From: Myxococcales bacterium
GTDB taxonomy: Bacteria; Myxococcota_A; Polyangia; Polyangiales; Polyangiaceae
DNA length: 64,000 bases
Reading direction: 5' to 3'
NCBI GenBank assembly: GCA_043747615.1
Contig: JAYTOU010000031.1
Span: forward strand, 64,001-128,000
Shown here in pieces: positions 9,346-19,432 of this stretch (positions within the stretch are counted from its first letter, which is position 1; each line of letters opens with the position of its first letter). The notes beneath the pieces are model-generated. The model was not told the origin of the DNA and did no database searches. It worked only from the letters and a program-made list of their open reading frames with translations. The translations under genes were made by a program, and so were the position numbers.

Positions 9346-10032
9346 TCAACTCTGGAGAAGCCCGAATGCCAGGTTCAGCGCCAGAGCGATGATGGTCGTG
9401 TTGTAGACGAAGGAGATGAGCGCATGGAGGAGCACCCCGCGCCGAATGCGCCGGCTCGAGACGGTCACATCCGAGACCTGGAACGTCATTCCGACGGTGA
9501 ATGAAAAATAGGCGAAGTCGAGATCGCACGGTGGCGCGCGCCCCGGGAAGTCCATCCCTCCCGGCACACCCCGATGGTAGTAAAGATGCGCGTAACGCAG
9601 AGTATAGGCGGTGTGGGTGAGGGCCCACGAGAGCACCACAGCGGCCAGGGTGAGCGTCGTCCAGATCGCTGCTTCGGTCGGCGGAAAATCGCGCGTCTTG
9701 CCGAGTACGGAGGTTGCCGCAAACAGGCTCACGAGGCTCGATGCGAGGGCGATCATCCAGATCATGGCGCGCCCCGGATCGCTGGCGCCTGCGCGTCTGG
9801 CTGTTTCGGGTGCGTCGGCGCGGGCGATGATCGACCACGCGAGTGCGCAGAGAACGAGAGCGCCTACGTCCCATCCTACGATCGCGCGGAAGCGCCATAG
9901 CACGTGGCTCGGAGCGAGCAGCGCGGCGACCACACCGAGGATTGCAGACACCGCGAAACGTACGATCGCGCGACGGGGATCGAGGCGGGCGAACGCGTGA
10001 CCGCGTGACGCGAAGCGGTCCTCGAGAGCCAT
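9346..10032 (-). CDS. DUF1345 family membrane protein
   Basis: YAHLYY...DFAYFSFTVGMTFQVSDV...VLLHALISF; start may extend to 10080. Confidence 0.85.
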   Translation of the reverse strand: MALEDRFASRGHAFARLDPRRAIVRFAVSAILGVVAALLAPSHVLWRFRAIVGWDVGALVLCALAWSIIARADAPETARRAGASDPGRAMIWMIALASSLVSLFAATSVLGKTRDFPPTEAAIWTTLTLAAVVLSWALTHTAYTLRYAHLYYHRGVPGGMDFPGRAPPCDLDFAYFSFTVGMTFQVSDVTVSSRRIRRGVLLHALISFVYNTTIIALALNLAFGLLQS

Positions 10033-10109
10033 CCCGCGAGCGTAGGTGAGCGACGCTCGACCATCCAAGTTCACGGACATGCCCGCCCGCGTATATGATG
10101 CGTGTGAAC

Positions 10110-11585
10110 ATGGCGGACACTCCCCGGCGTCTCCCTCCGCGGCCCTCGCCCAACCGCGGTAAACAACCCTCGGCCCCCCCTTCTCCAGGACACGCCTATC
10201 CGCTCGGCGCGCGCGAGTCAGCGCCGGATTCTTCCGAAGTCGGGATGCGTCGCACCAACGCCACGATCCCTCTTCGACCGCTGATCGACATCGCGCAGCC
10301 GCAGATCACCTTGATCGTCGAGAGCGAAGCGGGCAGCCCGGTCTCGCGGACCCTCGTCTGCCAAGGGGACGTGTGCCGCATCGGGACGCACCCCTCGAAC
10401 GATCTGACTCTCGAGGACTCCGCGGTGTCGCGCTTTCACTGCCGCCTCGTTCTCGACACCCACGGCTGGCGGGTCGAGGACTCGGGGTCGCTGAACGGGA
10501 CGCACCTCCAGGGGCTGCGGATCCACGACGTGTCGCTTCCTTCCGAGGCAGTCCTTTCCGTGGGGCAATCGCTCGTGCGCATTCGCACCACCGACGCGCC
10601 GGCCAAGACCCTCGTTCCGATGATGCCGAGCTTCGGCGCGCTGACCGGCACCGGAAAGCCGATGCGCAAGCTCTTCGCGCTGCTCGAGAAGGTCGCGGCG
10701 AGCGACATCAACGTCTTCATTCATGGCGAGAGCGGCGTCGGAAAAGAGCTCGTAGCAGCCGAGATCGTCCAGCGCGGTGTTCGTGCCGACAAGCCGTTCG
10801 TCGTCGTGGACTGCGGCGCCATCTCGCCGACCCTCGTCGAGAGCGAGCTTTTCGGTCACGTGCGCGGCGCGTTCACCGGCGCGGACCGTGATCGCGTGGG
10901 GGCGTTCGAAGCCGCCGACGGAGGCACCGTATTTCTCGACGAGATCGGCGAGCTGCCTCTCGCCGTCCAGCCGAAGCTCCTGCGCGCGCTCGAGCAACGC
11001 GAGGTTCGTCGCGTGGGCGAGACGCATGCGCGCAAAGTGAACGTCCGCGTTCTGTCCGCGACCAACCGTGAGCTGGAGCGCGAGGTAAACAAGGGAAGCT
11101 TCCGAGGAGATCTCTATTTTCGGCTGGCGGTGATCGGCGTGCGCGTCCCGTCGCTGCGTGAGCGGATCGAAGATCTCCCTCACCTGATTCGCGCGTTCCT
11201 TTCCGCCGCCAACGCCTCCGAGAACGAGCATCTCTTTCCGACGGACATCATCGAGGAGCTTGCGAAACACGAGTGGCCAGGCAACGTGCGGGAGCTACGT
11301 AACTACGTCGAACGCAGCATCGTCCTGCAAACCGCGAGGCTCCCCACGGCGCCGTCGTCGATGGTCCCTCCGGCTCTCAGCTCCGAGCCTCCGCGAAGCG
11401 ACGCCGTCGACGTGCGGATCCCCTTCAAGGTCGCCAAAGACGCGCTGATCGACACCTTCGAACGGGCGTACGTGCGGGCGGTCATCGATGCATGCGGAGG
11501 CAACATGACGAAGGCCGCGCGCATGGCAGGCATCGACCGCATGTACCTTCACCGCATCGTGCAGAAGCACACCAATCGCTCGTAG
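10110..11585 (+). CDS. FHA-domain sigma54-dependent enhancer-binding protein (Fis HTH)
   Basis: FHA (IG...VSRFH...GSLNGT), [30 protein letters not shown]-terminal HTH. Confidence 0.93.
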   Translation: MADTPRRLPPRPSPNRGKQPSAPPSPGHAYPLGARESAPDSSEVGMRRTNATIPLRPLIDIAQPQITLIVESEAGSPVSRTLVCQGDVCRIGTHPSNDLTLEDSAVSRFHCRLVLDTHGWRVEDSGSLNGTHLQGLRIHDVSLPSEAVLSVGQSLVRIRTTDAPAKTLVPMMPSFGALTGTGKPMRKLFALLEKVAASDINVFIHGESGVGKELVAAEIVQRGVRADKPFVVVDCGAISPTLVESELFGHVRGAFTGADRDRVGAFEAADGGTVFLDEIGELPLAVQPKLLRALEQREVRRVGETHARKVNVRVLSATNRELEREVNKGSFRGDLYFRLAVIGVRVPSLRERIEDLPHLIRAFLSAANASENEHLFPTDIIEELAKHEWPGNVRELRNYVERSIVLQTARLPTAPSSMVPPALSSEPPRSDAVDVRIPFKVAKDALIDTFERAYVRAVIDACGGNMTKAARMAGIDRMYLHRIVQKHTNRS

Positions 11586-11639
11586 GCGTGCGCGTAGCCG
11601 GCGCGGCAACTGCGTTGGAAGAGCGGCCGGCCGAGCTCC

Positions 11640-12464
11640 CTAGGTGCCGTTGCCGTCGTCGGCGTCGGCGCAGCAGCGGAAGCCGGTGGAGTAATCGTAG
11701 TAGACGGGAGAGTGGGCGGTCGTGCGGTACTCGCAGCCTTCACCATTGATCGTCGTGTCGAGGTAGTACCCGCCGCGGAAGCTCCCGTCGTCGGTCCACT
11801 CGTGCACGTTGCCGACCATGTCGTGAACGCCGAAGCCGTTGGTGCACGCCGCGCTCGAGCCGGTGGCCTCGAGGGTGTTGTCCTGCTGGTTGGCGAGCGG
11901 GTCGTTCATGGTGCGTGCGCTGTGCTCGCCTTGGTGAAGGACGGTCATCGGCGCGGTGCGGTTGGTGTCGACGCAGGCGCCGTCGACGCGCGCGTTGCCG
12001 TACGGGTAGCGCGTTGCCTCGGGACCTTTACACGCCGTCTTCCACTCCTGCGCGCGGCAGAGTCGTTTTCCGGAGGCCTTGCACGCGCTCTTCGCTTCGA
12101 CCATCGAGATGTGCGCCTGGGGAACGACGCTGGCCTGCGACACCGCGCGGACACGGTGGCCGTTCGGCGGCTCGTACGGGCTGAAGGCGGCCTCGGTGCC
12201 GTCGGTCGCGATCTCGACGAGCGACGCTTCGTATTTGTCGACGCAGCTCGAACCGACGCGCGCCATGCCGGTCGGGCATCCGACGCTCGGTGTGCCGTCC
12301 AGCTCGATTACCGGGGCGACCACCGCCGCCATCACCGGGGCAACCGGCGACGGGATGAACGAGGACAGCGACGCGGAGCTCATCGTCGGAAGCGCCATGA
12401 CGAGGCCGATGAAGACCGCGGATCGTGCGACGCGGGCTCGGAACGAAGTGGGGTTGATCGCCAT
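11640..12464 (-). CDS. FGE-sulfatase (SUMF1/EgtB/PvdO)-domain secreted protein
   Basis: DKYEAS, ACKASGKRLC..EW..AC, YPYG, NGFGVHDMVGNVHEW, RGG, GFRCC; ATG 12464 preferred over GTG 12485. Confidence 0.85.
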   Translation of the reverse strand: MAINPTSFRARVARSAVFIGLVMALPTMSSASLSSFIPSPVAPVMAAVVAPVIELDGTPSVGCPTGMARVGSSCVDKYEASLVEIATDGTEAAFSPYEPPNGHRVRAVSQASVVPQAHISMVEAKSACKASGKRLCRAQEWKTACKGPEATRYPYGNARVDGACVDTNRTAPMTVLHQGEHSARTMNDPLANQQDNTLEATGSSAACTNGFGVHDMVGNVHEWTDDGSFRGGYYLDTTINGEGCEYRTTAHSPVYYDYSTGFRCCADADDGNGT

Positions 12465-12479
12465 GGTAGCGAGGCCTGT

Positions 12480-12582
12480 ATCCACAATGGGTGCCAGGTC
12501 CGTTACTCTTTGATTTCAATAGGTTACCTTGTCTGCAAAGGAGGACGAGAGTCCTCGCACAGAGGACTCGGGTCCTCTGTGC
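12480..12582 (-). promoter_or_regulatory. Putative sigma54 promoter with IHF site and tandem palindromic enhancer
   Basis: Minus-strand TGGCAC at 12496-12491 with imperfect -12 (GG in place of GC); IHF-like 12503-12526; two GAGGAC-N4-GTCCTC palindromes at 12541-12556 and 12562-12577. Confidence 0.55.
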
Positions 12583-12757
12583 TCTCGGTGTGCACCCTGC
12601 GGCGCCTACGGGATGAAGCGGATCTGCGACGACGAGCTGATCGAGAAGATGGTGCTGCACGAGTGCTGGCTCGAGCTGGCGGCCATGCTGTCCTCGAGGC
12701 CGACGAGGGCCGAGGCGCGATGCCCGACGCGATCCGTCCTTCGTCGAGGAACATCAG

Positions 12758-13225
12758 TCATCCGCAGGCGCAGCTCACATCGCGCGTGCCGGGCGCCGGA
12801 GGCCCGCACATGTCGTTCGTCGGTGAGCAGTACGGAGCCGGAGGTGTGCACGGATCGGGCATGCATCCGGGCCCCGGAGCAACGAGGCCGCAGCTCGCTC
12901 GATAGCTGGTTCCGGTCGGGCAGGTGCCGCCGTCCATCAAAGGCAAGCACGCGGGAGGCGCGCCACCGCAGCACGGATGGACGCAATAGTCCGTCCCCGG
13001 GCAGACGGCCGTTCCGCAGGCGAACGAGGCGCCGTCGTGAGTGGCACTGTCGTCGCTGCTCGCCTCGTGGAGGGCTGAATCCCCTGCGGACGAGTCCGCC
13101 GCTCTGCCGTCGGTGCCTCCGCCGTCTGCGTTTCCGGAGTCCGCGTCGGTCGAGATTTCAGAGACCGACCCCCCGCATCCGATGGCAAGTCCGCCGAGCA
13201 CGAAAAACAGAATCTTGGCAATCAT
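12758..13225 (-). CDS. Small Cys-rich lipoprotein
   Basis: Signal peptide with AIGC lipobox, D/G/S linker, Cys/Pro-rich C-terminus. Confidence 0.75.
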   Translation of the reverse strand: MIAKILFFVLGGLAIGCGGSVSEISTDADSGNADGGGTDGRAADSSAGDSALHEASSDDSATHDGASFACGTAVCPGTDYCVHPCCGGAPPACLPLMDGGTCPTGTSYRASCGLVAPGPGCMPDPCTPPAPYCSPTNDMCGPPAPGTRDVSCACG

Positions 13226-13401
13226 GGTGGCGTAACGAGCAAGTCTCAAGCCGCCGCCGCCATCCCTGAAATTGCGAAGAAACCGCACTGCCTTGCCGTC
13301 CCTGGTGTCGCGGTCGGCACAGGGTGACTCACTCCGCGCCCATGAATCGGCTTGTTCTACGCGCCTCGCGTTCGGCTCACGACTTGCGTAGCGTTCTCCG
13401 A

Positions 13402-14406
13402 ATGCGCCCCCATCGATCGTCCTCGGTTCTCTTCCTCGCAGTCATCACCAGCGGGTGCTCGGGCAAGATCGCTCCTGACGCTGCTGCGGGGTCGGACGCC
13501 TCCGCGCCGAGCGATAGCGGGCTGGGAACGCGGCCCGCCGAATGCCCGGCTGCGCTGCCCCAGCAGCAGACCGCGTGCACGAAGAACGAACTCCTCTGCG
13601 AATACGGCGACGACTACAATCCTCGCTGCAACACGGTCGTCGTGTGCTCGTCCGGAAGGTGGGCGTCGCCTATCTTCTTCGGAGGGTCGGGGAAATGTCC
13701 CTCACAGCCACCCACGATTCCGCCGAACCCCTCGGACTGCGCAGCGTCCGCCAACGCCGTTCCCGCAGGCGCTTGCTCCAGCTCGAGCACGTGCAAATAC
13801 GACGGCGCGACCTGCACGTGTGGAGTCCATTGTTCGAACTACCCCATTCGTCAGCGCGACTGCGATCCGGATGCGGGCCTCACGACGTCTTGTTGCGACA
13901 CGAGCAAGGTGACGTGGGAATGCTTCAGCGGGCCGCACTACTGCACCCTACCGAGGCCACGGATCGGAGCTGCATGCACGAATGAAGGAGATTCATGCGC
14001 GCTCGACGCCCCCGCCGAGTGCGGCCAGACCGTCGTCGAATGCCGCACGGGCGTGTGGAATCTGACGAACTCTTCGTGTTCGGCCTCGAGCGCGAGCGTG
14101 AAGCGCGACATTACCTACGTCGACCAAGACGAAGCGGAGCGCCTGCGCGACGAGCTCTTGAGCGTGCGGCTCGCGACCTACCGCTACAAAGTCGGCGACG
14201 AGTCGGCGCACCTCGGCTTCATCATCGAGGACATGCCGCGCGGCAGTCCGGCGGTTCTCGCCTCCCGCGACCGCGTCGATCTTTACGGATACGTGAGCAT
14301 GACGGTGGCCACCGTGCAGAAGCAGCAGAAGGAGCTGGATCTCCTCAAGCGAGAGGTGGAACGCCTGGCGAAAGAGAACGCGTCGATGAAACGGCGAGCG
14401 CCCTGA
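13402..14406 (+). CDS. Cys-rich lipoprotein with C-terminal peptidase S74-like intramolecular chaperone
   Basis: TSGC lipobox; SSASVKRDI...YRYK...HLGFIIED...VDLYG...coiled coil. Confidence 0.75.
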   Translation: MRPHRSSSVLFLAVITSGCSGKIAPDAAAGSDASAPSDSGLGTRPAECPAALPQQQTACTKNELLCEYGDDYNPRCNTVVVCSSGRWASPIFFGGSGKCPSQPPTIPPNPSDCAASANAVPAGACSSSSTCKYDGATCTCGVHCSNYPIRQRDCDPDAGLTTSCCDTSKVTWECFSGPHYCTLPRPRIGAACTNEGDSCALDAPAECGQTVVECRTGVWNLTNSSCSASSASVKRDITYVDQDEAERLRDELLSVRLATYRYKVGDESAHLGFIIEDMPRGSPAVLASRDRVDLYGYVSMTVATVQKQQKELDLLKREVERLAKENASMKRRAP

Positions 14407-14489
14407 TCGTCAGTCGCAGTCGCAGCTCTGGCAGGTACGGATCGAGCTCGAAAAAGCGCGTGTCCGCCGTCAGAGTAAAGCGCGTGCGG

Positions 14490-15149
14490 TCAGATCGGGC
14501 TCCGCGCGCGCGTCCGTCCGACGAGCCACACGCTCGAGGCGACCACCACGATGCCGACGCCGAGGCCGAGCCACGCTTCGGTAGGCGCGCTCTTCAGCAT
14601 GTCGAAGAGTCGCTGCCCGAAGTAGCTCATCACGAAAAGCGGCAGCACGTACCCCGCGAGAGATCCCCAAAAATGGGTCCAGAAGCGAACCTGCGAGATG
14701 CCGAAAAAAGCGTGAAGAAGGGGCGGCATCCAGAACACGAGCCGCAGTACGAACACCGTGGTGAACGCGCGCCGTGCGAGCGCGTCATCGTACTTTCGAA
14801 ATCGCTCGGGCACTCTCGCCGAGACCCAATCACGCGCCACGAACCGCGCGAAGGAGAACCCCACGACGCTCGCGGCCATGGTCCCCGTCATCGATAGAGC
14901 AAAGGCAACCGGCCACGGCCAGATCAACGCCGCGGCCATGACGAACACCGTTCCAGGAATGCCGAAAGGCTGGAGCACCGCGTAAGCCACGATGAAGGCC
15001 ACGTAGCCCCAGGCGCCAAGCTCGACGAGCGTCTTCGAAACGCGCGCCGGCTCCGCGAACTCATGGAGGACGCCCAGGCGCTCGGCGACCACGAGAAGCG
15101 CGACCACTGCGAGGACGGCCGCGATCTTCGCGTTGCGTTGGCTGTTCAC
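14490..15149 (-). CDS. TVP38/TMEM64 (VTT/DedA) family membrane protein
   Basis: PFGIPG...AALIW...FARFVARDWV...VLRL...FFGISQVRFWTHF. Confidence 0.85.
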   Translation of the reverse strand: MNSQRNAKIAAVLAVVALLVVAERLGVLHEFAEPARVSKTLVELGAWGYVAFIVAYAVLQPFGIPGTVFVMAAALIWPWPVAFALSMTGTMAASVVGFSFARFVARDWVSARVPERFRKYDDALARRAFTTVFVLRLVFWMPPLLHAFFGISQVRFWTHFWGSLAGYVLPLFVMSYFGQRLFDMLKSAPTEAWLGLGVGIVVVASSVWLVGRTRARSPI

Positions 15150-15164
15150 GGTTGAGCGCTCATT

Positions 15165-15911
15165 TCACGCAATCCCGAGCAGATCCAGGATCGCGGCCAC
15201 GAACGTCAACGGGTGAGGGGGGCAACCCGGTACGTAGAGCGCCGGGCCGACCTCTGCGAGGAAGGATCGATCCACCGTGGAGGCGTCCGCGAAGAGCCCA
15301 CCCGAGATCGCGCAGGAGCCGACGGCAACGATGAAGCGCGGATCGGGCATCGCATCCCACGCTAGACGCACGGCCTCGGCCATGTTTTTCGTGAGTGGCC
15401 CGGTTAGGACGAGAGCGTCGGCGTGGCGAGGCGAGGCTACCCACTCGATGCCGAATCGCTGAAGATCGAAGTTCACGTTCGCGAGCGCGTTCAGCTCTTG
15501 CTCGCAGCCGTTGCAGCCTCCCGCCGAGACTTGGCGCATTCGCAGAGAGCGACCGAACATGCTCTTTAGAGCGTCGGATACGACGACCGGAGCGGGTGGC
15601 GCTCTTCCTTCGCTCACCACGAGCTCCTCGAGGTTGCGACCGCCCATGCGCGTTTCTGGGGTGAACACGATCTTCTTCTCGGGGCACCCGAGCGCGCATT
15701 CATTGCAGAATACACATTTGCCCAGATCGATTCTCACGGGGTCGAGCGTGATGGCGTTTGTCGGGCAAACGTCGATGCACGCGCGGCAGCCAGCCGGGCA
15801 GGGTGCGTCGCTGATCTCTGGTCGACCGCGAAAGCTGTCCGGCACCGCCTTTCGGAGATCCGTGATGAACTGGCTACCCTGGGACATTCGAACGCGGATC
15901 GTTTTGAGCAT
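15165..15911 (-). CDS. Ehr/Hyf small subunit (NuoB-like) fused to a 2x[4Fe-4S] ferredoxin
   Basis: CPAGCRACIDVCP, CVFCNECALGCP, GGCNGCE, SPRHAD, GSCA, PGCPP. Confidence 0.9.
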   Translation of the reverse strand: MLKTIRVRMSQGSQFITDLRKAVPDSFRGRPEISDAPCPAGCRACIDVCPTNAITLDPVRIDLGKCVFCNECALGCPEKKIVFTPETRMGGRNLEELVVSEGRAPPAPVVVSDALKSMFGRSLRMRQVSAGGCNGCEQELNALANVNFDLQRFGIEWVASPRHADALVLTGPLTKNMAEAVRLAWDAMPDPRFIVAVGSCAISGGLFADASTVDRSFLAEVGPALYVPGCPPHPLTFVAAILDLLGIA

Positions 15912-17365
15912 CAGAGGTCGCTTCCGCAATACGACAAGTCGAAGCTCTTGTTGCACATCGGAAAGTCGGAGATCTCGTTTCCGCGCATGGCGACGGCCAG
16001 TCCGAGCCAGTTTCGGAAGGACGGGTCCTGCACTTTGTAGTGGAGGAGATTGCCGTGGTCGCTCGTTTCGAGGACGTGGACGACCTCGCCTCGCCAGCCT
16101 TCGGCGACCGTGATGACGAGACGCGATGCTGCGAGATTACCCACGTTTTCTCGGGTGGGCTGGGAAACTGGGAAACCTTCGAGCGCGTCGTTGATCCATG
16201 CAAGCGATCGGTCCATCTCTCGGATCCGAAGGCTCGCGCGCGCGAAGCAGTCACCGGTGTCTTCGATGACGCACTCGATCGGAATGACGTCGTAGATGCC
16301 ACCCGCGCCGTCGCGCTGGTCGATCGACACTCCAGACGCTCGCGCGGCCATGCCCACGAGGCCGAGCTCGAGCGCTTGCTCGCGCTTCAAGACGCCGGAG
16401 TCCCGAAGCCGGTGCTGCACGGTTCTCGACTCGAGGAAGCACTCGTTGATGATCTCGAGATCGGTCTGGAGGAGAGCGACACTTCGCATGATGCGCGCGG
16501 CGTCCCCGACCCCGATGCGGACGCCGCTCCCTCCGGGACGAAGCGCACCGCGACCAAAGCGACTGCCACACAGGCGCATGGTGGTGTTGATTGCCGTCGT
16601 TCGGAGTCGGCCGTACGTGGCCGCACCTTGAAGAAATCCTATGTCGCCGGCGAGCCCGCCGAGGCCGCTGAGGTGCATGCCGATCCGCTCGAGCTCGAGC
16701 ATGATGGCGCGTGCCGCCTCGTGGTCCATGGTGATGCCGAAGCCGGCGAGGGATTCGATCGCCGCGCAATGAGCCCAGGTGTGGGCGATGCTGGTGTCGC
16801 CCGCGATGATCTCGACGAGCGGCGCGAGGGACCGCGGGTCTCCTTGAAGGAGGCGCCGTTCGATGCCGCGATGCTGGTATCCGAGGTGAATCTCGAGGTG
16901 ATGAACGTGCTCCCCCAGGCACATGAAGCGGAACGCGCCCGGCTCGATCACGCCCGCGTGGATCGGCCCGACCGCGACCTCGTGGACCTCTTTCCCTTCG
17001 ATCTCGTAGAAGGGATAGTCGTTCATACCGCCGCTTGCGAAGCGAATCGGCTTGAGCCACGGATGCCCGGTGATCCGCACGCCACATTGCTCGTGGAGCT
17101 CGCGCTCGAAGCAGTGCATTCCCGGGAAGTCCGCGGTCAACGCGTGGTATCCGCGCGCAGGATCCATCGTGGTCCGGAGCACCGTTAGCTCTCCGCGGGC
17201 AGCGAGCACCGCGGTCACCACGGCCAGGCGGCCCTCCGTTCTTCCGTAGAGGATGACCATTCGCTCGCACGCAGTGAGGCGCGCGTGGATCTCCGCGACC
17301 CACTCCTTCGGCTCCAGACATGCGACGTCCTCAAGGCGCGCACTGTGGATGGCGAGTGAGCTCAT
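15911..17365 (-). CDS. Ehr large subunit (NuoC/D, HyfG-like), lacking Ni-binding Cys motifs
   Basis: FERELHE, GPIHAGVIEPG, GYQHRGIE, EGWRGE, DPSFRNW; EIIAGDTS and SFDLSYCG stand where RxCxxC and DPCxxC would be. Confidence 0.9.
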   Translation of the reverse strand: MSSLAIHSARLEDVACLEPKEWVAEIHARLTACERMVILYGRTEGRLAVVTAVLAARGELTVLRTTMDPARGYHALTADFPGMHCFERELHEQCGVRITGHPWLKPIRFASGGMNDYPFYEIEGKEVHEVAVGPIHAGVIEPGAFRFMCLGEHVHHLEIHLGYQHRGIERRLLQGDPRSLAPLVEIIAGDTSIAHTWAHCAAIESLAGFGITMDHEAARAIMLELERIGMHLSGLGGLAGDIGFLQGAATYGRLRTTAINTTMRLCGSRFGRGALRPGGSGVRIGVGDAARIMRSVALLQTDLEIINECFLESRTVQHRLRDSGVLKREQALELGLVGMAARASGVSIDQRDGAGGIYDVIPIECVIEDTGDCFARASLRIREMDRSLAWINDALEGFPVSQPTRENVGNLAASRLVITVAEGWRGEVVHVLETSDHGNLLHYKVQDPSFRNWLGLAVAMRGNEISDFPMCNKSFDLSYCGSDL

Positions 17366-18801
17366 TCGCTTCCCAACGTCGCTGCGACTTGTCGAAAAAG
17401 AGCGTTCACGGGCGGGGGCATGTAGACGCCCATTGCCACGAGCGCCACGAAGAAGACGAGCTCCGGAACAGCAGGCCCGAAGGTCTGCGGAGGCCACGAC
17501 ACCTTCGTCTTCGGCTCGCCCCAGATCATCGGAAAGATCGTGCGACCGGTGGCCACGAAGGTCATCGTGATGAGGCCGCAGAACACGATGAAGACAATGA
17601 TCTGCCCCGAGCGAAAGAGCCCGGACAGGATCATGAGCTCGCCGAGGAAGCTTCCGAACGGAGGAAAGCCGAGCAGCGCGAACGTCCCCACCAGCAAGAA
17701 CATGCCGCTGTAGGGCAGATCCTTGATCAGCCCAGAGATCTCGCGCGTGTCTTTCGTGGCGTAATACGCTTTGATCTTGCCGGCGGTGAGAAACAAGATC
17801 GCCTTGATGAAGGCGTTGCTCACGACGTAAAGAAGTAGTCCGTACGAAGCCATGCTGTTGCCGATGCCGAGCCCGATCGCGATGACGCCGGCGTGGTTGA
17901 TCGAGGCGTACGCGAGGAGTCGTTTCAGGTTGCGCGTCGCGATGATGCTGAAGCTCGAGACCGCCATCGACGCGAGGCCGACCAAAAGAAGCTCGGTGGA
18001 GACCAGATCCGGGTTGCCCCGACGATAGACTTGGAGGACGCGCAAGAGGGCCACGAGCGCGCAGTTGAACTGCACGGAGGCGAGCATCGCCGTCACCGCG
18101 GGGGGCGCCTGGTCGTACGTCTCGGGAAGCCAGCTGTACATCGGAGCGAGCCCGAGCTTCGTTCCGTAGCCGAGGAAAACGAGCGCGAGACCGAGCTTGC
18201 GCCAAACGTTCGGAGGACCGCCCACGAGTGGCGCGAGCCGGTCGATGAAGAACGTGGGGGCGTGCCCGCTCATCTCGAGGCTCCTGCCGAGGCAAAGAAA
18301 ACCGAGGAGCGCGAGGCTGAGGCCCACGGAAGAGAACACCAGGTACGTCCACGATGCGCGGCGCGATGCGGGGACTCCAGGGCGAATGATGAGCGGCGCG
18401 GCAGCGAGGGTAGTCGCCTCGAGCGCGATCCACATTACGAGAATGTGGTTCGAGATCACGACGGCATTCGCGGCCGCCATGAAGACGAGCGCCAAGGACA
18501 CGAAGCGCCCGAGGCCGTCGCGCGTCTTTGGAACCGTGCGCACCCGATTCCAGACGAAGGCCGCGATCCCGAAGAAGATGACGTTGATGAGCACGAGAAA
18601 TAAGCGCGCGGTTGGGTCGAGGGTGAGGTACGGCATTCTCCCTCCGAAAGCGCGTTCACTCCCGATCCCGCCCATGCTCACGGCAAGCGCCGCGTCGAGA
18701 AATGCCGTACCGATGAGGATCTGCGGGAGCGCACGTACGCCCCCCGACGCAACGATGAGCCCAGCGATGGCCGGGACGACCACGACCGCGATCGGCGTCA
18801 T
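17362..18801 (-). CDS. HyfF-like proton-translocating membrane subunit
   Basis: WIALEATTL, TKLGLAPMYSWLPE, KRLLAYAS, LGFPPFGSFLGE. Confidence 0.9.
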   Translation of the reverse strand: MTPIAVVVVPAIAGLIVASGGVRALPQILIGTAFLDAALAVSMGGIGSERAFGGRMPYLTLDPTARLFLVLINVIFFGIAAFVWNRVRTVPKTRDGLGRFVSLALVFMAAANAVVISNHILVMWIALEATTLAAAPLIIRPGVPASRRASWTYLVFSSVGLSLALLGFLCLGRSLEMSGHAPTFFIDRLAPLVGGPPNVWRKLGLALVFLGYGTKLGLAPMYSWLPETYDQAPPAVTAMLASVQFNCALVALLRVLQVYRRGNPDLVSTELLLVGLASMAVSSFSIIATRNLKRLLAYASINHAGVIAIGLGIGNSMASYGLLLYVVSNAFIKAILFLTAGKIKAYYATKDTREISGLIKDLPYSGMFLLVGTFALLGFPPFGSFLGELMILSGLFRSGQIIVFIVFCGLITMTFVATGRTIFPMIWGEPKTKVSWPPQTFGPAVPELVFFVALVAMGVYMPPPVNALFRQVAATLGSE

Positions 18802-19427
18802 GGCACCGCCGCGCTTTTCGCTTCGACGAGCGTGCCCACCGGCGAATTCTTCAAAGTCCGCAAGTACCAGGCGAACATCACCACGGAGATCAGGAGCACG
18901 GCGGTCTGTCCAAGACGAATTCCGATCGCCTCGTGGTGCGAAGGATTGCCGAGTTCGAAGAGGGCGATGGCATTCTCGAGCCGGAGCGCGCCAATCATCT
19001 GACTGAAGGGGACCGACTGCGTCGACAGGACGAGGAGCCCGAGGAGCAGCCCCGACGCGGACACTGCGACGAGGGTCTGCTCGTCACTCTCGACGGGAAC
19101 GACCACCCCCGCGAACTGGAAGGCGAAGACCACGAGCACGATCGCGAACGTCCAGGAGAGCATGTTCGGCGGAATGACGTCGTTGCGCGAAGGAGCCTTC
19201 TGGCTTCGGAGCACGCGGTAGAGAAAGAGCGGAGCTGCGATTGCCCGGACGGCGAAGAGGTCGACGAAGGTCAGTATCGTGTGCACCGACAGATGATGAT
19301 CGTGGCGGTAGGCGATCCATCCCATCAGCGCGCCCTGGCACGACAGGCCGACGAGGCTCGTCCGCCAAGATGCGATGAACAACGGGAGCAGGAGCACCGC
19401 CAGGAACGCAATGAGAAGAGGAGTCAT
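18798..19427 (-). CDS. HyfE-like membrane subunit
   Basis: Hydrophobic 209-aa ORF with SQMIG..LENAI, positioned between hyfC- and hyfF-like genes. Confidence 0.8.
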   Translation of the reverse strand: MTPLLIAFLAVLLLPLFIASWRTSLVGLSCQGALMGWIAYRHDHHLSVHTILTFVDLFAVRAIAAPLFLYRVLRSQKAPSRNDVIPPNMLSWTFAIVLVVFAFQFAGVVVPVESDEQTLVAVSASGLLLGLLVLSTQSVPFSQMIGALRLENAIALFELGNPSHHEAIGIRLGQTAVLLISVVMFAWYLRTLKNSPVGTLVEAKSAAVP

Positions 19428-19432
19428 GCGCG

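Noticed and set aside
12534..12582. c-di-GMP-I riboswitch (GCAAA, GNRA hairpin, second hairpin)
   Set aside because: Lacks the conserved internal-loop and tetraloop-receptor pattern; identical palindrome arms fit a protein-binding site better; an Rfam search would settle it
12529..13269. Plus-strand ORF beginning MKRICDDELIEKMVLHECW (ATG 12613)
   Set aside because: The first ~30 aa look protein-like, but the rest is antisense to a lipoprotein gene; possibly a remnant, not supportable
15165..17365. Group 4 [NiFe]-hydrogenase / formate hydrogenlyase
   Set aside because: Large subunit lacks the N- and C-terminal CxxC Ni ligands; no fdh or hyp genes are present
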